From positions 1,248,001-1,312,000 of the forward strand of contig CAVXGK010000001.1 in assembly GCA_963761305.1 (NCBI GenBank): 64,000 nucleotides of DNA, read 5' to 3'. The stretch's first letter is position 1; each line of letters begins with the position of its first letter. The translations under genes and the position numbers were made by a program. Shown piece after piece: positions 11,112 to 19,394 of the stretch. The notes under the pieces were generated by a model, which saw only the letters and a program-made list of their open reading frames with translations, was not told the DNA's origin and ran no database searches. This stretch comes from an uncultured Gemmatimonadaceae bacterium. Its GTDB lineage: Bacteria > Gemmatimonadota > Gemmatimonadetes > Gemmatimonadales > Gemmatimonadaceae.

Positions 11112-12480
11112 CGCCGCGACGCTCGCGCCCTCCGACACCCGGCGGCTGCTCGTCTCCTGCTCGATCGGTTCGATCGTCGAGTGGTACGACTTCTTCGTCT
11201 TCGCGTCCGCCGCGGCACTCGTCTTCGATCGAGTCTTCTTCCCGGCCGCCGATCCGCGCAACGGCGTCCTCTTCTCGCTCATGACGTACGCCGTCGGTTT
11301 CGCCACGAGGCCGCTCGGCGGGTTGGTGTTCGGCGTGCTCGGCGATCGATACGGCAGGAAGCGCGCGCTCATATGGAGCCTCCTGCTGATGGGATGCGCC
11401 ACGATGGGCGTCGGCCTCATCCCCGGGTACGCGACCATCGGCGTCGCCGCGCCGGCGTTGCTCGTCCTGCTGCGTCTGATCCAGGGACTCGCCGTCGGCG
11501 GCGAAGTCGGCGGCGCGCTGCTGCTGGTCACCGAGAGTCTCCCCGGCGACCGCCGAGGATTTTGGGCGGCGTGGCCGATGATGGGCGGGCCCGCCGGCAA
11601 CGTGCTCGCATCGGCCGCGCTCGCGCTTCTGGGGTTGTCGCTCGGAGAGTCGGCGTTCGGCGTGTGGGGATGGCGCGTCGCCTTTCTCGCGTCGGGTGCG
11701 CTGATCGCCGTCGGCGTCTGGATGCGCACGCGCGTCACCGAGTCACCGCTGTATCAGGCGTACGCGGCGCGCCGAGCGATGACTCGTCGGCAGCGACTTG
11801 CGCCGACGCTCGTCGCGCACTGGCGGTCGATGTTGACCGTTCTTCTCGTGAAGCTCGGCGAGAATGCGCTCTTTTATGTTTTCACAACCTTCTACGTCGT
11901 CTACGTCACGCGCGTGCTGCACTTGCCGCGCACGCTCGCCCTCACCGCCGCCGCCGTCGGCTCGATCGCCGACGTCATCGCCATCTTCGTCGCCGGCGCG
12001 TGGTCCGACCGCATCGGGCGGCGTCCGGTGACGGCGATCGGTCTGGTCGCCGCGTCGCTCTGGGCGTTCGCGTTGTTTCCGGCGACGGCGACCGGCTCGA
12101 CGACCTCCGTGACAATTGCCGCGATCGTGGGCGGTCTGTGCCACGGCGTGATCGTCGGCGGAATGTCGGCCTACTTCGTCGAGCTCTTCCCCACCAGCGC
12201 GCGCTACACCGGCTTCTCGCTCAGCTATCAAGTCGCCAGCGTGGCGTCGGGCGCCGTCGCGCCAATCATCGGCGTGGCGCTGCTCAACGCATACGGGTCG
12301 ACCGTGCCCGTGTCGATCTACGCGACGGCGATGGCGGTGCCGGCGTTGATCGTCCTTCGCGCGTCGCGCGAGACGCGGGGGATCGATCTCGGCACCGATC
12401 CGGGGACCGATTCTCAGAACTCTCGTCCCTCATCCTCCTTCCAGGTCACCGCACACCGCCACCACACTCCTGATGTCTAG
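11104..12480 (+). CDS. MFS transporter, metabolite:H+ symporter (MHS/ShiA-like); start uncertain
   Basis: The frame is open upstream of 11281 (SIGSIVEWYDFFVFASAAALVF); RPLGG, GDRYGRK, QGLAVGGE, ELFPTSARYTG. Confidence 0.88.
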   Translation: MPDAATLAPSDTRRLLVSCSIGSIVEWYDFFVFASAAALVFDRVFFPAADPRNGVLFSLMTYAVGFATRPLGGLVFGVLGDRYGRKRALIWSLLLMGCATMGVGLIPGYATIGVAAPALLVLLRLIQGLAVGGEVGGALLLVTESLPGDRRGFWAAWPMMGGPAGNVLASAALALLGLSLGESAFGVWGWRVAFLASGALIAVGVWMRTRVTESPLYQAYAARRAMTRRQRLAPTLVAHWRSMLTVLLVKLGENALFYVFTTFYVVYVTRVLHLPRTLALTAAAVGSIADVIAIFVAGAWSDRIGRRPVTAIGLVAASLWAFALFPATATGSTTSVTIAAIVGGLCHGVIVGGMSAYFVELFPTSARYTGFSLSYQVASVASGAVAPIIGVALLNAYGSTVPVSIYATAMAVPALIVLRASRETRGIDLGTDPGTDSQNSRPSSSFQVTAHRHHTPDV

Positions 12481-12542
12481 GCGAGTGCGGAGACGGAGTA
12501 CGGAGACCTGGAACGGGGGGGAACGAGGCGACGTGCGGAGTC
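12418..12542. repeat. REP-like family 1, inverted pair (site A)
   Basis: TTCCAGGTCACCGCACACCGCCACCACACTC followed by the inverted GAGTGCGGAGACGGAGTACGGAGACCTGGAACG. Confidence 0.75.
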
Positions 12543-12547
12543 GCGTC

Positions 12548-13024
12548 CTACGCCGACAGGAACTTCCGGATGTTCTCGGCCTGACCGGTCCAGCCGCGCT
12601 CGTTCATGCTGAACGCCTTCGCGCGCCGTGACTCGGGGATGGCGTCGAATCCGGATTCGACGATCGTGAGCCGCGTGCCGGCGCCGGCTTCCTCGAGCGT
12701 GAACGTCACCAAAGTCGTCGGCTCGACGCTGTAATCGACGCCCTCTTCCAGGGCGTATGGATGCCAGCGGAAGGAGAAGAGACGCTCCGGCTCCATCGAC
12801 TCGATCCAGATCGTGATGGGGAGATGCTCGTACCTGCCGGCGCCCAGCTTTCCATTGACGGCGGCGCCGGGAGTGAACGGCGTGGTGAGCGACACGCCGA
12901 ACCATTGATTGAACTGCGTGTACTCGGTGAGCGCGCGCCACACGCGCGAGCGCGGAACGTCGAGGTTGACGAGCTTCTCGATGCGATCGGTCGAGACTGC
13001 GCCGGCGGTCGTTGTCGTTGGCAT
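12548..13024 (-). CDS. SRPBCC/AHSA1 family protein
   Basis: RIEK..VPRSRVWRALT, FSFRWHP, TLVTFTL, TRLTIVESGF, GW. Confidence 0.9.
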   Translation of the reverse strand: MPTTTTAGAVSTDRIEKLVNLDVPRSRVWRALTEYTQFNQWFGVSLTTPFTPGAAVNGKLGAGRYEHLPITIWIESMEPERLFSFRWHPYALEEGVDYSVEPTTLVTFTLEEAGAGTRLTIVESGFDAIPESRRAKAFSMNERGWTGQAENIRKFLSA

Positions 13025-13032
13025 GGTGGTCC

Positions 13033-13383
13033 TCATTCGGAGTGTGAAGGGTCGTCGTTGTCGGGGTGGCGCAGCAGCTCGGCGAGACGCTCGATGCGCG
13101 TATCCCAGAGGCGTTCGTAACCGCGGAGCCAATCGTCGGCGCGCTCGAGCGGCCGAGGATCGATGCGGCAGTAGTGGATGCGTCCACGCACGGTTCGTTT
13201 CACGAGCCCGGCCCTCTCGAGAGTCTGGACGTGCTTCGACGCCGCGGCGAGCGACATCCGATACGGTGCGGCGAGCTCGCCGACGGTCTGCTCGCCTTTG
13301 GCGAGACGCTCGAGCATTGCGCGCCGGGTCCGGTCGCCGAGCGCGCGGAAGACGAGATCGAGCCGTGCGTTTTGTTCAACCAT
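13033..13383 (-). CDS. ArsR/SmtB family transcriptional regulator
   Basis: VFRALGDRTRRAML, SLAAASKHVQTLERAGLV; typical ArsR-SRPBCC pair. Confidence 0.92.
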   Translation of the reverse strand: MVEQNARLDLVFRALGDRTRRAMLERLAKGEQTVGELAAPYRMSLAAASKHVQTLERAGLVKRTVRGRIHYCRIDPRPLERADDWLRGYERLWDTRIERLAELLRHPDNDDPSHSE

Positions 13384-13430
13384 ACGGTTGAATATAGGAG
13401 CCGCCGCTCGATTGTCAACGGGTTGGTTGA
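13375..13430 (-). promoter_or_regulatory. Sigma70-type promoter with two palindromic operators for the ArsR-SRPBCC operon
   Basis: The minus strand reads TTGACA-N16-TATATT-N7-ATG. Palindromes TTCAACC-N4-GGTTGAA (13375-13392) and TCAAC-N6-GTTGA (13415-13430). Confidence 0.75.
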
Positions 13431-13446
13431 GGATCAATACTGGACG

Positions 13447-13660
13447 TGGAACGGGTGCGGCGGCGGTGTGCGGGGACCTGGAACGAGGAGGGGAGGGAGT
13501 GCGGAGTCGAGCTGATTTGGCGATACGCCGCAAACGATCCCCCGCACTCGTCCCAGGTCTCCGCACCCCGTCACCGTACTCGTCCGAGGTCTCCGCACCC
13601 CGTCACCGTACTCGTTCCAGGTCTCGGCACCCCGCCGCCGCACCCGCTCCAGACCTCGCG
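13447..13660. repeat. REP-like family 1 (site B): one unit plus 3.5 inverted tandem 32-bp units
   Basis: GTGTGCGGGGACCTGGAACGAG, then CCGYACTCGTYCSAGGTCTCSGCACCCCGYCR at 13542, 13574, 13606 and a partial copy at 13638. Confidence 0.85.
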
Positions 13661-13664
13661 ACCA

Positions 13665-15246
13665 TCATCGTGGGTCGATCACGCTGGGGCCTCTGATTGT
13701 CTCGACAAACGACCGCAGTCGCGCGCCCGATGCCTCGGGATCCGCCAGCGCGACGTGTCCGTCGGGCCGAACGAGGTACAATGCGTCGCGCCGCAGTCCC
13801 GCCGAGCCCATCATCGATCGCCACGGAAACTCGTGGTACTCGAGACCGAGCTCGCGACACGCAGCCTCGAGGTCGGCCGCCGGCTGTCCGTAGCGATGGA
13901 CCTGCCAGCGCCACGATGCGAGCGGTGAGTGGTTGTCGCCTCGATCGCCGGATTCGGGCGGCGACGGCACCCATGGCAACCGATCGCCGCCCTGCACCGC
14001 GCCGGCTCGTCCGCTGCTGATCGCGCTGTCGCGATAGTTGATCGCGATCTGCGAGACGGTGCGAAAGACAAAGCGGCGGAAAGCGGTGACGTGGAACACG
14101 ATGCTCGCGACGGTTGGGAAGATGCGCGTTCGAATCAACGCCGCCGCTCGGCCGCCGCGTGTCACGATCTCGAAGGCGCGGTCGGTGGTCGCGACCAGCC
14201 GTCGCGCGAACGCGATGCGTTCCGGCTCGTAGGTGTCGAGCAGCGCCGGCGATGCGCGGCCCTGCAGAACTTCGGCGAGCTTCCACGCGAGATTGACCGC
14301 GTCGCCGATGCCGGTGTTCATGCCCTGCGCGCCGACAGGACTGTGGACGTGCGCGGCGTCGCCGAGTAGGAAGGCGCGGCCGACGCGAAAGCGGCCGGCG
14401 ACGCGATGGTGAACGTGGTAGGTCGAGAACCAGTTCACGTGCTCCACCTCGAGGCCGAGACGATCGATCGGCCGCCGGCCAACGTCCTCGAACGTCCACT
14501 CTCGCTCTCGCTCCTCCGCGCTCTCGACACGAATCGTCCCCACGAGGCGCACGCGACCTGGTCCCTTCATGTCGAAAACGACGAGCAGCTCCGCGTCGTC
14601 GAGCGCGACGTTCACGCCGTCGTCGACTGCCGGACCATGGGCGATGACGTCCGCGACGTAGAAGATGCGTTGGTACGTTCCGCCGCCGAAGTCGATGCCG
14701 AGGTTCTTGCGAACGACCGAGTGCGTGCCGTCGCATCCGGCGACATAGCGTACCGCGCACGTCTCAGTGTCGCCGCCCGGACGACGCAGCATCGCGTGCA
14801 CGCCGTCGCCGGTTTCGTCGAGGCGAACGAAGCTCGTTCCCCACTCGACCTGAACGTTCGCCGCGGCGAGTCGGGCGACGAGCAGCCGTTCATGCGCGTC
14901 CTGGGCGAAGTCGAGGACGAACGGATACCGCGTGAGGCCGGTGCCGATGTCGTCGAATTGAATGCGTGCGACGCGCCGGCGACTGCCGCCAGAGATTCGC
15001 CGTCTTCGCGATCACGCCTGCATTTACGACGTCGTCAGCGAATCCCAGCTGCCGATAGAACTCGAGCGTGCGCGCGTGAACGCCGAGCGCGCGCGAATAC
15101 GGAGCGACGCCCTCCTTCTGGTCGATGATGCGGACCGCGACACCGAGCCGCGCCAGCACCAGCGCCAGCACGAGGCCAGTGGGACCGGCGCCGACGATGA
15201 GAACTTCGGCGTTCGATGGTGCGAGTTCCAAACTCTCGTTCCTCAT
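13665..15246 (-). CDS. FAD-dependent monooxygenase (PheA/TfdB-like), frameshift near 14990; start uncertain
   Basis: VLIVGAGPTGL, GCDGTHSVVR, FLLGDAAHVHSPVGAQGMNTGIGDAVNLAWKL, LVRPDGHV. Confidence 0.9.
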
Positions 15247-15356
15247 CCTCGTTCCGGGTCTCCGCGCTCCGGCTCCGCACTCGTCTTAACCTAAAGTGCG
15301 GTGGCGGCGCGCGGCGACCTGGAACGTGGAACGGGAACGGGAACGAGTGCGGTGAC
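15231..15356. repeat. REP-like family 1, inverted pair (site C)
   Basis: AACTCTCGTTCCTCATCCTCGTTCCGGGTCTCCGC matches the left arm of site A; followed by GTGCGGTGGCGGCGCGCGGCGACCTGGAACG. Confidence 0.75.
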
Positions 15357-15374
15357 AGGTGGCTCGGTTTGGGC

Positions 15375-16801
15375 CTACAGCGAATTGAGAAATGCGATCA
15401 GCGCTTTTCGATCGCTCGCCGAGAGCGACTTGAAACGCTCGCGAGCGTTTCTTGCTTCGCCGCCGTGCCAGAGCACGGCCTCCAAGCAGATCGCGCGCGC
15501 GTCCATCGTGCAGGAAGTACGTGTGACCGTTCACAATCTGCACGAGCCCAATGCCCCACAGCGGCGGCGTGCGGAATTCGCGACCGGACGCCCTGAAGTC
15601 GGGACGATTGTCGGCGAGCGCGGCTGCCCATGTCGTGCAGCAAGAGATCCGTGTACGGGTGAATCTTCTGGTTCGAGACGGCGGGCACGCCGGGGAGCAC
15701 GCCGGTCGTGAGCGTCGAGACGTGACAGCCGTCGCACCCGATGGCGTGGAACAGCCACTCGCCGTGCAGCGCTTGCGGATCGTCGAGGTTCCGACGCGCC
15801 GGCACGCCCAACGTCTCCGTGTAGAACGCGACGTCGCTCACCGTCTGGTCGTCGAGCTCGGCCGCGTGGTCCTGGCAGCCGGAGAACTCGCCCTTGCAGT
15901 TCTCGGTCGGGAAGTACGACGTCGTGATGCCCATGTCGCCGTTGAACGCTCCGGCCGCCTGGTGCAACAGCGTTCCGACGTTGGCCTTCCAGCCGAAGCG
16001 TCCGATGATGTAGTCCTGCACCGTCACGTCGTACACGACGTTGTAGTGCCCCGAAATGCCGTCCTCATCGGCGTCGTTGCGATCGGCGAGCGCACGAATC
16101 GTCGCCTCGGGAACTGCCTCGAGCAATCCAAGCCCGAAATTGACCGGCGCCACGCGCGGTGACGTGAGCAGGTTGTTGGGTAGCGGGCCGATGAGTCCCT
16201 TGAACGCGTAGTGCGGGACACGCAGCGTGTACGGCGTGCCGTCGCCGAATGGTCCACCGGAATCCGAGTAGGCCACGCGCGCCGATGCTTCGGGAAAGAA
16301 TCCCGGAATCGCGAGCAATTGCAGCTGCCCGCCGAACAACGGCGCGGGATTCGGTCCGCCGTGCGGGTCCTGTCCAGGAATGCTCGCGCGAAACAGCATC
16401 GTCAAGAACGAGACGCCGTCGGCCGGCGGCTGGCCGCGACCGTCGCCGAAGTGACACGCCTCGCACGCGTTGTTGTTGAACAACGGTCCGAGTCCGGTGC
16501 TCGGCGTGAAGATTCCGCCGAACACAGCGTCGCCGGCATTGTGTCGCGCCAGCGCGGCCGCGTCGAGGTTTGGCGCCGGATGGCCGAACGCGCCGGCGGT
16601 CGCGTCGAACACCGTGGTTGCGCCTCCGGACAATGCATCCGGATCGATCCGTCCTCCGAGCGACGCGCTGCGACTCGCAGCCGCGTCGGAAGGAGCAGCG
16701 GGGTTGGAGGGGACTGGCTGGATTGGCTCACTGCACGCGGCGGCGGCGGCGGCGAGTGCGAGCCAAAGGACACGGAACGGCGTGCGGGTGGGGCGACGCA
16801 T
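15375..16801 (-). CDS. Di-heme oxidoreductase family (DUF1111-like) lipoprotein, frameshifts near 15625 and 15490
   Basis: Lipobox AAAC; two CxxCH (CEACH, CDGCH); GLGPLFN, GRFGWKA, PYTDLLLHDMG; C-terminus FRTPPLWG, LHDGRA, LIAFLNSL in shifted frames. Confidence 0.88.
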
Positions 16802-17096
16802 GGGGGCTCCTGCGTCTGGGGAGGAGAGCACGACTGCGCTGAGCGTCGGCGCTGAGCGGGCAGCGACTTGCGCGTTCGAGAGCGCGGGACGCCAAGGCGA
16901 GGGGAGCGTCGGATGGCGGGCGTGCAACTCGGGCCGCACAGTGCTCGTGTTTGGCTGTGCTGTCAGTGATTGAAGTCACCCGCGGAAAATTGTTCCATCG
17001 GCGCTTGGCGTGCTCCCAGTATGAAAATCTGCAATTCCCAACCCATCAGCTCGCTGGCCGCATCGAGTGCGGCGCTATCTAAGATCTCTTAATGGC

Positions 17097-17157
17097 GTGA
17101 GTGCGGTGGCGGTGTGCGGAGACCTGGAACGGGGAACGGGAAAGAGTGCGGAGTCAG
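17097..17157. repeat. REP-like family 1, single arm (site D)
   Basis: GAGTGCGGTGGCGGTGTGCGGAGACCTGGAACGGGGAACGGGAAAGAGTGCGGAGTC. Confidence 0.75.
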
Positions 17158-17298
17158 GGGCTCGGCGACGCTGATCATCTCGTTGGCCGTTGGGGCTACA
17201 TGCCCCTGCCGCGATCATCGACGCGTTGCGGGCGGCATGTGGTCTGCCCCTCGCACCTGAGCGGAGAGATGCTTCACCGCTGAGGTGGCGGCACACCC

Positions 17299-19071
17299 AT
17301 GTTGGTCACGATATCGGCGCTCATCGCCGCGGGAACGATGGCGGCGCATCAGAGCGCCGGGTCGTCCCAGACACCTGACACGTTGGCGCCCGTTCGCCAA
17401 TCGGCAGTCGCTGTCAGCGATCGCGATTCCACGCGCGCGCTGCGCGTCGCGCATCGGGCGCAAGGCGACTTCGAGTCTCTGCGACGGCAACTCTTGCCGC
17501 GCGCGACATTTACCGGCGGCGCCGACTGCGACGCCGTCGTCGGCCGCTACTGCTTTGTCCAGCAGGTCGCGTCCGATCCACCAAAGGAAGCGCCCGAGGT
17601 GGTCGAGGCCCGAGCTCGGCTCCTGACGGTCCTCGACAGTGTCGGCGCGGTGATCCCCGGCGATCGGTGGACCCTCGGCCAGACGGTTCGCTATCTCGTC
17701 GAGGCGGGACGCGCGCACGAGGCCGACAGCTTGGGTGTCGCATGCGCCGCATCAGCGACGGTTCGCGCGACGAAGAGCTGGTGTTTCGCGCTCGTCGGCT
17801 ACACGGCGCAGCAGTACGGCAAGTTTCCGCGCGCCGATGCCGCCTTCTCGTTGGCGCTCGACGAGCTGCCCGAGCCGGATCGTGGGAGATTTGAAGATCT
17901 CGCATTGTTCCTCGGACGCGCCGCCGGACCGTACCGGCGCATGGACGGCGAGCCGCGCGACTCGATGACGGCCGCGTTCTGGCGACTCGTCCAACCGTTG
18001 TACCTGACGAACGTGAACGATCTGCGGACGGAGTTCCTCGCGCGCATCACGCGGATGTACATCGAGCAGGACAGCCGAACGACGATGAGCGATTGGGTGC
18101 GCGGGGACGACCGGGAGACCCTGCTCCGCTATGGCGTCGCGCTCTGGTACACGCAGGGTGATGCGCGCCCGGGTGGGACGGGGCCGCCGCCGATCGCCGG
18201 CATTCGGCGCCAACCGTCGTTCAACTTCTTCCCCGACGCGCACGTGTTCGCGGCGCCGGATCAGCTGGCCCCCGACGATTGGGAATTTCAGAACGTGGAG
18301 AGCCGGCCGACCTATGCGCCGATGTGGGCCACCAGCTTCGAGCCGCTCATCAACAATCAGGTCGCGCTCTTTCGGCGCGGCGACTCGGCGTTCATCGTCG
18401 CGGCGTTCGAAGTGAACGACGGCGGGACGCGCCGCGAACCTCGACAGGCTGGTGTCTTCGCGGCCGCGGTCGATCGTGGCGGCGTGCTTCCTCCATTCGG
18501 CACGACGATCGAGAACGCGCCCCCCAAAGTCGTGTCCACGCTGATGGCGCCATGGCATCCGATGATCATCAGCCTCGAGGTGCTGGATTCGGCGAACCGC
18601 TCGGCAGAACGCATGCGCTTTGCGCCGAAGCTGCCGCTCGCCAGCACGCGGCTGAACCTCTCGGATCTCTTGCTGTACGAGCCGATGGATTCCGTGCCGC
18701 CGAAATCACTCATCGATGCGGTGCCGCTCGCGTTGCACTCCATGACGGCGCCGAGCAGCCGGCAGATCGGCATCTTCTGGGAGACGTACGGCGTGCGTCC
18801 CGAGGGAGAAACGTTCGACTACGCGCTCGTGGTGGAGCCGGTCGACCAAGGCTTGATCCACCGCGCGCTCGTCGGGCTGCACGTGATGGACCCAGACCGA
18901 GGACTCATCCTGCAGTGGCGCGAATCGCCGTCGATCGCCGGTGGAATCGCGTCGCGCGGCCTGACGGTGGATCTGTCGCGTCTCAAACCGGGACAGTATC
19001 GCGTGCGGCTGATGCTGACGTCCGGGGCCAATCTCCCGATCGTCGCCGAGCGGAGCATCGAGGTCCTTTAG
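17299..19071 (+). CDS. Exported hypothetical protein with a divergent GWxTD-like domain
   Basis: Signal peptide; FWRLVQPLYLTNVNDLRTEFLARI...DDRETLLRYG; beta-rich C-terminus (LSDLLL, LKPGQYRVRL). Confidence 0.6.
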   Translation: MLVTISALIAAGTMAAHQSAGSSQTPDTLAPVRQSAVAVSDRDSTRALRVAHRAQGDFESLRRQLLPRATFTGGADCDAVVGRYCFVQQVASDPPKEAPEVVEARARLLTVLDSVGAVIPGDRWTLGQTVRYLVEAGRAHEADSLGVACAASATVRATKSWCFALVGYTAQQYGKFPRADAAFSLALDELPEPDRGRFEDLALFLGRAAGPYRRMDGEPRDSMTAAFWRLVQPLYLTNVNDLRTEFLARITRMYIEQDSRTTMSDWVRGDDRETLLRYGVALWYTQGDARPGGTGPPPIAGIRRQPSFNFFPDAHVFAAPDQLAPDDWEFQNVESRPTYAPMWATSFEPLINNQVALFRRGDSAFIVAAFEVNDGGTRREPRQAGVFAAAVDRGGVLPPFGTTIENAPPKVVSTLMAPWHPMIISLEVLDSANRSAERMRFAPKLPLASTRLNLSDLLLYEPMDSVPPKSLIDAVPLALHSMTAPSSRQIGIFWETYGVRPEGETFDYALVVEPVDQGLIHRALVGLHVMDPDRGLILQWRESPSIAGGIASRGLTVDLSRLKPGQYRVRLMLTSGANLPIVAERSIEVL

Positions 19072-19077
19072 TCGCCC

Positions 19078-19382
19078 CAACTGCAACTGCCAACTACAAC
19101 TGCCAACTGCAGCTGCAACTGCAACTGCTTGAACGCAGAGACGCAGAGAACGCAGAGAACGCAGAGGGTTCCTCGGCTCGAACTGAGGGCCGCTCGCAAC
19201 GAGCCGGGAGAAATGCTTTTGTTACAGCCGCTCGGGAAGCTTCCGGCGAAGCGACCCGGCTCCTTCACACCCGGGGCCTCCCGAGCGGCTTTGACAAAAC
19301 GATCCCGTGGCGGCGCCGACCTCGAGTTTGGGTGCAGTTCTCTGCGTCCTCTGCGTTTCCGCGTTGAAGCAGTTGCAGTTGC
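19078..19382. repeat. Family 2 nested-palindrome (MITE-like) element, copy 1
   Basis: (CAACTG)n CTTGAACGCAGAGACGCAGAGAACGCAGAG at left with its imperfect inverse at right; inner stem GCCGCTCGGGA (19227) / TCCCGAGCGGC (19279). Confidence 0.8.
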
Positions 19383-19394
19383 GTGGCGCCGACG

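Noticed and set aside
13542..13660. 32-bp repeats as a CRISPR array
   Set aside because: Units are contiguous with no unique spacers, and no cas genes are present.
17015..17045. Fur-box-like AT-rich stretch upstream of the di-heme protein
   Set aside because: The match to the GATAATGATAATCATTATC consensus is too weak to support.
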